NCBI GenBank assembly: GCA_965261255.1
Contig: CBDHCQ010000004.1
Coordinates: 2,104,076-2,168,075 of the forward strand
Length of the DNA stretch: 64,000 bases
Direction of reading: 5' to 3'
From: Rhodothermales bacterium
Lineage (GTDB): Bacteria > Bacteroidota > Rhodothermia > Rhodothermales > Bin80
Both the position numbers and the translations under genes were made by a program. The notes beneath the pieces were generated by a model that saw only the letters and a list, made by a program, of their open reading frames with translations, did not search any database and was not told the DNA's origin. This document shows, piece by piece, positions 10,438-19,931 of this stretch; position 1 is the stretch's first letter; every line of letters starts with the position of its first letter.

Positions 10438-11094
10438 ATGCGAACGAAAGCAAAAAAGGATTTCGATCTCCCGGATCTCAAAGAAGAGTCTGGGTATGGG
10501 AGCCTAGCCGAATCTGACCTCGAGGAATTATTTTTTGAAGAAACTACTCCAAAAACAGACGGTGTCATAAACCTGCCAACCATCGCAGGTGTAGGCCTGA
10601 TTGGCGTGGTTTTTCTGCATCTCCTGCAACAAATTGGACTTCTGCCAGGAAGTGGGCTTCAGGAAGCTTTTATAGTGTTCCCGCTTTTCGGGATCCTTTT
10701 GGTTCTGCTACTCGGTCTGATGCCCAGAAAACGAAAAAGACGCCGAAAACGAAGGCGTCACGCGGCAAAGAAAAAACGGGAATCCCGGCGGGAAAAACGA
10801 AAGGATCCCCAGCAGGAAAAGGAACCGCACAGTACAGAAGTGAACCTGAAGGCCAGCTCGCCACAATCACATACCGAAAAGTGGAGGCTCCCGGCCAAAT
10901 CGCGCGACAAGTGGATCGCTGGTGTGTGTGCAGGACTTGCTCCACACATCAATATGGAGGTTACTGTGCTGCGGCTGATTTTTATCCTGAGCACCTTCCT
11001 TACCGGAGGAACCCTCCCTCCAATAGCCTACCTCGTCTTAGCAATACTTATGCGCCCCCCAAATGATGCTGAAGAACCGGACGCTAAGCCATAG
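10438..11094 (+). CDS. PspC-domain membrane protein (acidic N-terminus, 2 TM, poly-basic linker, C-terminal PspC domain)
   Basis: The C-terminal sequence KWIAGVCAGLAPHINMEVTVLRLIFIL...YLVLAILMRPP is a PspC domain. The ATG directly follows the TAA of the upstream gene. Confidence 0.7.
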   Translation: MRTKAKKDFDLPDLKEESGYGSLAESDLEELFFEETTPKTDGVINLPTIAGVGLIGVVFLHLLQQIGLLPGSGLQEAFIVFPLFGILLVLLLGLMPRKRKRRRKRRRHAAKKKRESRREKRKDPQQEKEPHSTEVNLKASSPQSHTEKWRLPAKSRDKWIAGVCAGLAPHINMEVTVLRLIFILSTFLTGGTLPPIAYLVLAILMRPPNDAEEPDAKP

Positions 11095-11404
11095 AAACAA
11101 CTCAATGTCAATAGCATATTTCGTGCGGATGTATTACTTCCATTAACCCTGGGCAAAACGTCATCCATGCATATACTCAAGCGTACACGACAGACGTCAA
11201 TCACTGTATCAGTTGATCCCGTGAGTGCGAGCAACTCAGTTGCTGCTATGGATTGACCGAGAAAACAGATGTGTTGCCGAACATCCGATCTGAGGACACA
11301 GAAGCCGACACATGCAACCAAAATATTGCACGTGTCGTAATGCAAATTGGATGCCTTCAAATAAAACCGTTGCTGTACGCCCGATCAACAGCCCATAAAC
11401 GACG

Positions 11405-11599
11405 ATGAGTTACAAGCGTGGACGCCTAATCCGCTCGCAATCTAATAAAATGGTCGGAGGAGTCCTGTCCGGCCTTGCAAGACACTATGGCCTAGACCTA
11501 ACATGGCTACGCATAGGGGTTGTGCTAGCAAGTTTTGTCACATTCGGTACAGTTGTTCTTTGCTATATTGTGGCGATGTTTCTTATGCCAACAGAGTAG
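11405..11599 (+). CDS. Minimal PspC-domain protein (64 aa)
   Basis: KMVGGVLSGLARHYGLDLTWLRIGVVLASF...IVAMFLMP is a stand-alone PspC domain. Confidence 0.65.
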   Translation: MSYKRGRLIRSQSNKMVGGVLSGLARHYGLDLTWLRIGVVLASFVTFGTVVLCYIVAMFLMPTE

Positions 11600-12123
11600 T
11601 GACGACTAGATCCCACTTATCGGAACTGGAGTTGAGTACCCAGTCAAGTGATGCACTCGAAGAAATGTTCTTCGAGTCAGAGTCTCGCTCTGCGTCCAAG
11701 ATCAACTGGCACTTTGTTGGTGGTGGTACACTCCTGATCGGAATTTTTCTCTATCTACTTTCGGCGGTCGGTTTACTTGGGAATGGATTCGTGGATGCGT
11801 TAGGCCGTTTAACTCCCTTTGCGGCGATCTTTTTCATGGGCATTGCGGCAACCAGCGCCCTCCGCGCGAAGCGGACACGCCGTGTACGTACCGTTTCCTC
11901 CAGACACCTCGTTCGACCACGAAAGAAACGCTGGTTGTTTGGCGTTTGTCGTGGTTTGGCGAATCGCTTCGGGATACCCGTGGGGGTAACTCGATTGCTT
12001 TTCTTCGTAACTGCCATAGCTACCTCGGCTTTCGGGTTCGTGGGAATGGCATCAATAGCGTTGTACGTGATCTTGGCGCTCGCCATACCTGGTGAGGAGA
12101 GGAACCGTAGGGGCTCATCCTGA
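11599..12123 (+). CDS. PspC-domain membrane protein, paralogue of 10438..11094
   Basis: The C-terminal sequence KRWLFGVCRGLANRFGIPVGVTRLLFFV is a PspC domain, and the architecture matches the first paralogue. The start is uncertain. I place it at a GTG overlapping the upstream TAG by 1 nt, because the track ORF ATG at 11503 would overlap the preceding gene by 97 nt. Confidence 0.55.
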   Translation: MTTRSHLSELELSTQSSDALEEMFFESESRSASKINWHFVGGGTLLIGIFLYLLSAVGLLGNGFVDALGRLTPFAAIFFMGIAATSALRAKRTRRVRTVSSRHLVRPRKKRWLFGVCRGLANRFGIPVGVTRLLFFVTAIATSAFGFVGMASIALYVILALAIPGEERNRRGSS

Positions 12124-12637
12124 GGGACTGACACTTTCTCCGTGTCGCGTACCGACCAATCGCGCGATGGACAGGACCAACCTACCTGTGTGTGATTTGA
12201 TTCTTTTGGACGAAAATCATTCAGCGAAGAAGCATACTATCTCCCCGCACCCATTAAACTGAATTCAGGATGTGTTCGCCTACTGATACAACGACAAAGT
12301 CCTGAACAAGCATTGATTGCATCGTATTACCGCCTGGGCATGACAGCTCCACTCAATCTGGTATCCAGATAAATCGAACACCACTTTAGAACATCCTGAG
12401 CAGCGGCATTGATTGCATTGGTCGATTGCTTCATATGCTCCGTCAACTCAACCTCGTCGTACTTTTGAGCGAGTTCCAGACCTGTAAAGTGTCTGTTCTC
12501 ACAAAAGCGTCTTCCCAATATGCTACCGAGAAACTACCGTGCAACGGAATAAAACCTGGTTTGCTTACGTCTATCCTCCCGAAGTCACTATGCATATGTG
12601 CTGCCTATTCACAGTTAACTATTCCCAACAACAGTAA

Positions 12638-15505
12638 ATGCGAACCCTCGTAATCGCTGTTGCACTGTTTGCAACCGCACTTCCAACCCTAGCGCAGCAA
12701 AACGCCATTAACATTGTCTCTGGACGCGTTATTGATGAGGAAGCTGGCAACGCCCCGCTACCCGGCGTGACCGCCGTGATTGAAACTATTACGGACTCGC
12801 TCCTTGTTGCTGGCTCTACTTCCAATGCAGAGGGTTACTTCGCTATTGAAGTACGTGAACGCGGAGAGTACAGGCTGCGTCTCACCTTTGTTGGCTTCGT
12901 CCCCCACGAGCAATTGGTTACGTTAGACGGAGCATACAAAAGCCTTGGCACGATCTCTATGAAGCCTGACGTAATGCAGCTGGATGAAATGGTCGTAGAA
13001 GAGATGCAGGAGCGTATGATAATCCGCGGAGATACCACAATTTTCAATGCGGACGCCTATAAAGTAAACCCCGATGCCACAGCAGAGGACCTGGTGGCAA
13101 AGCTTCCTGGTATTGTCGTGCAGGACGGACAGGTTGAGGCTCAAGGCGAGCAAGTTCAGCGAGTAACTGTTGATGGACGAGAGTTTTTTGGCCAGGATCC
13201 CACAGCTGCTCTCCGAAACCTCCCCGCAGATGTGATCCAGAACGTTGAGGTGTTTGACACGGATAGCGATCAGGCTCAATTCACGGGATTTGATGATGGT
13301 AATTCGGAGAGAACGATCAACATCACTACGCGACGTGGCATGAGCAACGGCCAGTTCGGTCAAGTTTACGGTGGATACGGCGACGATCAGAGATATATCA
13401 CCGGAGGCAGCACAAACATATTTGATGGCGATCGACGTATTTCCATTATTGGTCTTTCCAATAATCTTAATCAGCAGAACTTTGCTTTCCAGGACTTACT
13501 GGGCTTGATGGGTAGTGGGGGCAGTCGGTTTGGAGGTCGGGGGGGAGGCGGTGGTCTTACGCGCGGAGGTGGTGGAGACAGAGGTGGACGTGGTAGAGGC
13601 GGCGGTGGGGGCTTTAATCCTCGAAACTTTCTCGTGGGAGCCCAAAGTGGTCTTAATCACACCACCTCTGCAGGGATCAACTACAGCGACGAGATCGGTA
13701 GCAATCTGCGTCTCAGTGCAAGCTACTTCTTTAATCGGGTTTCGAATGAGAACGATGCAATCCTTGATCGAGAACTGTTTCTGGCCAACGATCAATCTCA
13801 GTTCTATAACGAAGACACACAGTCAAGTGGTAAAAACTTCAACCACCGACTGAATGCACGGATTGACTACACAATCAACGAAAACAATTCGCTGACCATT
13901 CGACCGAGCCTCAGTTTCCAGAATAACACGTCTACCAGTCTTCAGTCGGGCATCAACTCACTGGCCACCGGAGCACTTCTGAACACGGTATACAATAACT
14001 ACATAACAGATAACCGAGGATTTACATCAAGTTCCAGCATCCTGTATCGACACCGATTCAGTAAACCAGGCAGAACAATCTCCGCAGATGCTCGGCTCGG
14101 TTTCAACAGCCGTGCAGGGGATGCCGACCAGGTTTCCATTACCGAATTCATGCAGGTCGGTCGACAGAGCCGAACAGCCAGCAGTGATTCAACCTATGAT
14201 CAGGAGGTCGATAACTCATCTGCTGGACAGTCATACTCAGTTCGATTTGCCTACACCGAACCCCTGGGCGAAGTTGGACAATTGCAGGTCACTTATAGAC
14301 CCTCATACAATCGCAATGTATCCGATCGCTCAGCGTACGTACTTGACTTGCGGACTGGACTGCACACAATCCTGGATCCCACGTTTTCAAGCCTGTTCGA
14401 CAACGATGTGGTTCAGCAGCGTGGTGGACTGTCCGTCCAACGGCGAATAGATGACCGTTACTCCATCCAGTTAGGCCTTGAAGTCCAAAACGAACGGCTT
14501 ATTGGTGACCAGACATATCCTGTCGATTTTCGGTTAGACCGTTCCTTCTTGAGCTTCCTGCCCGAGGCAGAAATCGAATTTGAGTTTGGAGAGGCCCTCG
14601 ATCTAGACATTGACTATCGTACGCGCACCAACACTCCGTCTGTCAGTCAACTGCAGGATGTAATTGATAATACCAATCCTCTTTTCCTCTCAAGTGGTAA
14701 CCCAGATCTTGAACCCAGCTATTCGCATACAATCAGTATCCGTGGGCGCCGTGGAGATCGGCGGGCGGGGCGAATGATGTTCGCATACGTGAGTTGGACC
14801 AAGGAAATAAATTCTATTGGTACTGCTTCCTTTCTGGCATCTCAGGATACGGTCGTCGCCGGGGGGCGAGTCCTTCTTCCCCAAGGCGCACAATACTCTG
14901 CCCCACTGAATCTTGATAATCCCAGTACCACAATTCGCTCATTTGTCGGATTGGGTACACCCATTCTCCTGCTCCGAAGTAACTTGAATTTCAGAGGTGG
15001 GGTCACCTACTCAAAAAGTCCCAGTGTTATCAATGGTGTCAACAATATGGGGACACAGTACAGTTTCAACGGCGGACTGACGCTCGGAAGCAATATCAGT
15101 GAGCGCCTAGATTTTACACTTACGTATAATGCTGCCTATACGATTGCCAACAACTCCTATTACTCTCCACTTGACGAGAACTTCTTTCGGCATGACACCG
15201 GCGTACGCTTTGTGTGGCTCCCAATTGGTGGTCTGGTAATTGAACACAGTCTGACCTACAATAACTACCTTGGCCTGGATGAGACACTCTATCCGACAAC
15301 CTTTATTGTCAATGCCGGGCTGGGGTACAAATTCATGCAGGCAGATGCGGCAGAGGTAAAACTACTCTTCGGTGATATTTTCAATCAGGAAACTGGGATC
15401 AACCGAAATATCACAGAGGCCTATGTCGAAGACAGTCAGACTCAGGTGCTCGGACGCTACATCCTGCTTAATCTGAGTTACCGCTTCCGCAATTTCGGTC
15501 TGTAG
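12638..15505 (+). CDS. Outer-membrane beta-barrel / TonB-dependent-receptor-like protein with an N-terminal CarboxypepD_reg domain
   Basis: It has a signal peptide, then SGRVIDEEAGNAPLPGVTAVI...GYFAIEV (a carboxypeptidase-regulatory-like fold). A plug-like region and a Gly/Arg-rich linker follow. The long barrel ends ...LSYRFRNFGL. Confidence 0.75.
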   Translation: MRTLVIAVALFATALPTLAQQNAINIVSGRVIDEEAGNAPLPGVTAVIETITDSLLVAGSTSNAEGYFAIEVRERGEYRLRLTFVGFVPHEQLVTLDGAYKSLGTISMKPDVMQLDEMVVEEMQERMIIRGDTTIFNADAYKVNPDATAEDLVAKLPGIVVQDGQVEAQGEQVQRVTVDGREFFGQDPTAALRNLPADVIQNVEVFDTDSDQAQFTGFDDGNSERTINITTRRGMSNGQFGQVYGGYGDDQRYITGGSTNIFDGDRRISIIGLSNNLNQQNFAFQDLLGLMGSGGSRFGGRGGGGGLTRGGGGDRGGRGRGGGGGFNPRNFLVGAQSGLNHTTSAGINYSDEIGSNLRLSASYFFNRVSNENDAILDRELFLANDQSQFYNEDTQSSGKNFNHRLNARIDYTINENNSLTIRPSLSFQNNTSTSLQSGINSLATGALLNTVYNNYITDNRGFTSSSSILYRHRFSKPGRTISADARLGFNSRAGDADQVSITEFMQVGRQSRTASSDSTYDQEVDNSSAGQSYSVRFAYTEPLGEVGQLQVTYRPSYNRNVSDRSAYVLDLRTGLHTILDPTFSSLFDNDVVQQRGGLSVQRRIDDRYSIQLGLEVQNERLIGDQTYPVDFRLDRSFLSFLPEAEIEFEFGEALDLDIDYRTRTNTPSVSQLQDVIDNTNPLFLSSGNPDLEPSYSHTISIRGRRGDRRAGRMMFAYVSWTKEINSIGTASFLASQDTVVAGGRVLLPQGAQYSAPLNLDNPSTTIRSFVGLGTPILLLRSNLNFRGGVTYSKSPSVINGVNNMGTQYSFNGGLTLGSNISERLDFTLTYNAAYTIANNSYYSPLDENFFRHDTGVRFVWLPIGGLVIEHSLTYNNYLGLDETLYPTTFIVNAGLGYKFMQADAAEVKLLFGDIFNQETGINRNITEAYVEDSQTQVLGRYILLNLSYRFRNFGL

Positions 15506-15695
15506 TTGACAGACCGCCTTTGCGAATACGAAATGCCGACTTTGAATGAACTGATCCAGTCCGATTGTAACTTCCGCTGGATTAACCCGGGACGTAGAAG
15601 CGTAGCCCCCTAAATTACATCTCCCTGATATCAGGCTTTCGCGAACCTCCGAACTGATAGAATGATCTTGCAAACGTGAGGGGCAGCTATCACGG

Positions 15696-16859
15696 TTACT
15701 CTTGCGGAGGAGGAGACGATCTCAATTGATTCTCCTCTACCGGTGACTTAAACTCATAGTCGACAGCTTCCGGCTCAGCAACCCAGTCAGCAACAAACAC
15801 ATTTGTGTCCCGAGTGGGTGTTCGGGTTACATTGCGGTTGGAGGAGAACAATAGTCTCTTTCCGTCAAAAGAGAACATTGGAAACGCGTCAAACGTGCTA
15901 GAATGTGTCACTTTTGTGGTCGCACCAGTAGCAATCTCCACCATGTAAATAGCAAACACAGGGCGTCCTCCACCTACGCTCTCGTAGTTTGAGGAATAGA
16001 TCACATGTTCTCCATCGGGATGAAAAAACGGAGACCAGTTTGCACCCGGTGCACTCGTAACCTGCTGCACATTTCCCCCGTCAATGTCAGCAACATAAAT
16101 ATCCAGTTCCCCGGGCTCTATCAAGCCCCGATCTAACAGTTCCCCATAGTTAAGTGCATCTTCGCCTACTGGGCGGCTTGCACGCCATACGATTCTCTTG
16201 GAGTCCCTGGAAAAGAATGCCCCGCCATCATACCCAATGGTACTGGTCAATTGTATGATTTCCCCGGTAGCGATTTCGTAACGCCACAAATCCAAATCCC
16301 CTGAGCGTGTGGATGTGAATACAATGAAGCGGCCATCCGGTGATACCGTAGCCTCCGCGTCGTAGCCTGGGCCACCGATCAGGAGTTCCGGGTTACTATA
16401 ATCAGATTCGGCTACATAAATATCAAACGAATCGTAGATCGCCCATACATAACGTTCCCCTGCTTCAGGTGGTGCGGGACATTCCAGCGATGTGGCATGT
16501 GTAGATGCATAAAGGACCCTCCCATCAGGCAGAAAATAACCGCAAGTCGTGCGCCCCTTTCCAGTCGATACAAGCGTATATTCACCTGGCACATCCGGGT
16601 CCATCACATACTGCTGATCGCACCCCTGGCTGTTGATTTGCGCCCAGTCGCTCTGAAAGATGACCCGTTGATCATCAAATGACCAGTAAGCCTCAGCATT
16701 ATTCCCTCCAAAAGTTAACTGGCGAATATTGCGCAGATGAAATTCACCCGCAAAACGGAGGGAGTCAGTGGTGGGATCGTAGTCTGCTCCTTCTTGATTC
16801 AAACCATCCGCCGTACCCGTAACAGCTTGGAGTAACAGTATTATCTGTAGCACGGTCAA
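15696..16859 (-). CDS. Secreted TolB-like WD40/PD40 beta-propeller protein
   Basis: It has a signal-like N-terminus and repeated PD40-type motifs (SPDGRFIVFTSTRSGDLDLW, FHPDGEHVIYSSN, FSFDGKRLLFSSNR). Confidence 0.6.
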   Translation of the reverse strand: MTVLQIILLLQAVTGTADGLNQEGADYDPTTDSLRFAGEFHLRNIRQLTFGGNNAEAYWSFDDQRVIFQSDWAQINSQGCDQQYVMDPDVPGEYTLVSTGKGRTTCGYFLPDGRVLYASTHATSLECPAPPEAGERYVWAIYDSFDIYVAESDYSNPELLIGGPGYDAEATVSPDGRFIVFTSTRSGDLDLWRYEIATGEIIQLTSTIGYDGGAFFSRDSKRIVWRASRPVGEDALNYGELLDRGLIEPGELDIYVADIDGGNVQQVTSAPGANWSPFFHPDGEHVIYSSNYESVGGGRPVFAIYMVEIATGATTKVTHSSTFDAFPMFSFDGKRLLFSSNRNVTRTPTRDTNVFVADWVAEPEAVDYEFKSPVEENQLRSSPPPQE

Positions 16860-17064
16860 AAACTGTCTTGAATTTTAGTAGCCAACACGTAATACGAAAA
16901 TTTTAATTCAAGCCTGGCATGCATAATCGGTTGGGGACGGGCTTAAACCAATGCTTATGCACTTGTTCCAACAGAATTGCCCGCAGTATACCCCTTCAGC
17001 GCAGCCTATTCCATCGTGACCTGGCCTACCCAGTTGGGCTTGGACGTAGCTCTGAAAATATCGT

Positions 17065-18189
17065 CTACGTGATTGCACCTCCACAACTGCTGCCTGCGCC
17101 GGCAGTACATCCGTAGCAATGGCGAGCCGTCCGTATTGAGTGCGACTGCCATATACTAAGATCGAAATCGGCTACATGTGGGTGTGGGATATCCATGCGC
17201 ATCTCGAGTTGTTGGTTAAAATCACAGTCATACAGATGCCCGTCCCAGCCTATTGACAGCACGTTACGACACATAAGCCCAGCAATCGTGGCTGGATTGA
17301 ATGCCTGTAATAATTTGCTGAGATAGGTGTCCACTTGATTGGTATCCATTAACCATTCCAGATACCGTGACATTGGTAAGTTGTTGAGTGTCAGCAGCCT
17401 GTCAAAACTAACATCATGGTTATGTGCAAGAGAAGTTTTCCACTCCCTCTCCAAGGAGGCCTGATTACCCACCAAATACGCCCCAACCGGGTTCGTCACA
17501 AGCGTGAGTTGTCGGTCTGGATCCCCGTAGCCGTATCCAACCGCATTCAATCGTCGCAGGGCTTTAATTGATTTTGCATAGGTACCATCCCCGCGCTGAG
17601 CATCAGTGCCGATCTTGCGGTGGTGCGGCAGAGAGCAGATAATCTCCACACCACGCTTTGCAAACCATTCCGGTAAATGCTCACAACGCCGCGTAAGCAG
17701 CACCGTAAGATTACATCGATCAAGAACACGAAGTCCTCTGCTGACACATGCCTCGACTAGGTACTCGAAATTCGGATTGAGTTCTGGAGCTCCGCCCGTG
17801 AGATCTACAACCTGGGCTCCTGAACGATCAATCGCTTGTAAACAAGCATCAACAGTCGCCCGATCCATGTTCTCCTCAGTTCGATCCGGGCCTGAATCTA
17901 CATGACAGTGCATGCAGGTCATATTGCAGAGCTTGCCAAGGTTGATCTGCACAATTTCCAGACGATCCGGTTTCAAACGGGGCCATCCTGAGGCGGCAAG
18001 GTCAAGCCCAAAACGACCACTGTTGGTCGGTCCTCCAGCAATATCTGCCGAATCAAGAACCCTTAGCTGCTCTTCGGGATGCACTAACGGAACAGCCCTG
18101 GACTTCAGCGAGGATGTTGCACGCGGACTCTGGGCAGCTAGTTGCGAAGATTCAATCGTGTCCAATGATATCATTCTCTTATGCTCCAC
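17065..18189 (-). CDS. arsS: Radical SAM/Cys-rich-domain protein, arsenosugar biosynthesis ArsS type
   Basis: Carries the CNMTCMHC (CxxxCxxC) radical-SAM cluster motif and a C-terminal CYGCTAGAGSSCGGA Cys-rich tail typical of this family. It is linked to arsM and to the CMD-like partner gene. Confidence 0.7.
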   Translation of the reverse strand: MEHKRMISLDTIESSQLAAQSPRATSSLKSRAVPLVHPEEQLRVLDSADIAGGPTNSGRFGLDLAASGWPRLKPDRLEIVQINLGKLCNMTCMHCHVDSGPDRTEENMDRATVDACLQAIDRSGAQVVDLTGGAPELNPNFEYLVEACVSRGLRVLDRCNLTVLLTRRCEHLPEWFAKRGVEIICSLPHHRKIGTDAQRGDGTYAKSIKALRRLNAVGYGYGDPDRQLTLVTNPVGAYLVGNQASLEREWKTSLAHNHDVSFDRLLTLNNLPMSRYLEWLMDTNQVDTYLSKLLQAFNPATIAGLMCRNVLSIGWDGHLYDCDFNQQLEMRMDIPHPHVADFDLSIWQSHSIRTARHCYGCTAGAGSSCGGAIT

Positions 18190-18199
18190 TCAATCTAAA

Positions 18200-18532
18200 T
18201 TACATCGTTACACGTTTTACCTGATCGAGCATCTGTACACCGTGTACCAGGGATGCTCCCCCTCTGATCGCCGTGGCTACATGGACGGCCTCGGTCATCT
18301 GCTCTAAATCTGACCCGGATTCCAGACATGCAGTGGTGTACGCATCTATACAGTATGGGCATTGAACCGTACTGGCAACTGCCAGGGCAATGAGCGCCTT
18401 TTCCCGAGTTGTTAATGCCCCCTCTGTGAATACACTGTCATAGTACTTAAAAAAAGCATCTGCCAATTCATTGCTGCCTTCAGCGATTTCTTTGAACCGC
18501 GGCAGATGCGAGCGATGATAATAGTGATCCAT
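18200..18532 (-). CDS. Carboxymuconolactone-decarboxylase (AhpD-like) family protein, arsenosugar-associated peroxidase-like type
   Basis: 110 aa with a CPYC (CxxC) motif in a CMD fold (ALIALAVASTVQCPYCIDAYT). It lies immediately upstream of arsS on the same strand. Confidence 0.65.
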   Translation of the reverse strand: MDHYYHRSHLPRFKEIAEGSNELADAFFKYYDSVFTEGALTTREKALIALAVASTVQCPYCIDAYTTACLESGSDLEQMTEAVHVATAIRGGASLVHGVQMLDQVKRVTM

Positions 18533-19390
18533 GATTAAGGAATGATCTACCTGGTTTTAGCGTGAATAAATCGCGTCCAAAGATGTCCTCGATTATTTCG
18601 CACAATCGCTAGAGAATACTGACTCCACAGTTCAATTTTTGAATGACCTTGCGGAGTCCCTCCTGCTTTTGTTACGAATCGCTTTGTTATTCAAGGGTAC
18701 AAATCAATTGTGTTTCCGTTCTGTTGACTTCCATTTCCTGACCGCGTACCTGATAAATCCCATCATTGAGATACTTGACCAATGACACGCTCATAAACTG
18801 GACCAGCATCTGAATAATACTCCTTTGCAGGGGTAATGCACGTCTTCCACGAATCCGTCTTGATCGCCTTTGATCTTCAGCTTTTAACCTCCAATAGGCC
18901 GTTCATCAAAGCTTTCTCACGAACTTACCCCAACCTTCGTTGATATCAAAAACTCCACTTGAGCCTTTTGATGTTGTAACTGAGGTCCTGCCGTCTTGGT
19001 ACGTCTTCCTCGCCGCCTGAATGGTACGTCCCGCCAGCGCATATGTTTAACGTGTAACTTTTGGCTATCAAGCTGTATACTATCTCAGATTCCGAGTTAA
19101 ACCGTACAGTGTGGCATCGTCAAGATTTTCATTCCAAATTCGACATTTTGGAGTGGCATAGGACAGAAACCTAGGGGTCTTGGTATATTTGTTCGTAATT
19201 TGGGCACCAAGAGTAACTGCACTACCAAACCTACAGGGTGATTTTCTTGCTGGTTCTGTTCTGTTATAGTTGCTGCAATAACAACCTCGCCAGCATCTTT
19301 TGCTACGATTCTACCCGGGGATTTAGCTAGCCCCCAACTAGAAACTTTGGGTCTACGGAATGAAAAAAGCGCACCGGGAATGTGGTGGGA

Positions 19391-19678
19391 CTATCCTGCG
19401 ATAAAGGTGCCGTAGGCAATGATGATTCCGATTATTCCAAAAATCCCGCCAATGATTCCGATCAGCCACCGCATGGATGTGTATTTGCTATCCAGAGCAT
19501 CCATCCTAGAAAGCATGATGTTCTTGAATGATGCGATTTCGGCGATTACGTTTGATCCTGCCATGGTATGAATAATTTCTGAAAGTTCATGGACTTCGTC
19601 TGGCGGCAATTTCTCTCCCTCCGTCAATCTGCGGAGTGAAGAAAACAGACGTGTGGTCTCTGGTCTCGTGTCAGACAT
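19391..19678 (-). CDS. Hypothetical small tail-anchored membrane protein
   Basis: 95-aa ORF with a helical N-terminal part and a strongly hydrophobic C-terminal TM segment (WLIGIIGGIFGIIGIIIAYGTFIAG). I recognise no family. It is isolated in an otherwise non-coding stretch. Confidence 0.35.
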   Translation of the reverse strand: MSDTRPETTRLFSSLRRLTEGEKLPPDEVHELSEIIHTMAGSNVIAEIASFKNIMLSRMDALDSKYTSMRWLIGIIGGIFGIIGIIIAYGTFIAG

Positions 19679-19931
19679 ACTACTTAATGAGTTCAGTTTG
19701 TCCAGAACGAGTCATGGGATCCTTTGTTGCTTACCGTTGGCGAGCATTTGGGCGTGATATCAGCAGTGTCACTGACGGTGCCCGCAATACCCAAGGAGTA
19801 GTAGGAATGATAGCGGTGGTGCCCCCGAAACGATAAGAACGCTCAATGCTGGAGCCACCCCCTGAACCACTGAGCGTGTTTGGTCGCGGTGCCTAAACCC
19901 GTGTAGGTGTCTATGCTGCTGCTGGAATGCC

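Noticed and set aside
12327-12518. A 63-aa minus-strand ORF in the 514-nt gap upstream of the OM barrel gene. I also checked the gap for a riboswitch, such as a cobalamin riboswitch, ahead of the receptor.
   Set aside because: I recognised no family in the ORF, and I saw no B12-box or other riboswitch core sequence. There is not enough evidence to annotate either.
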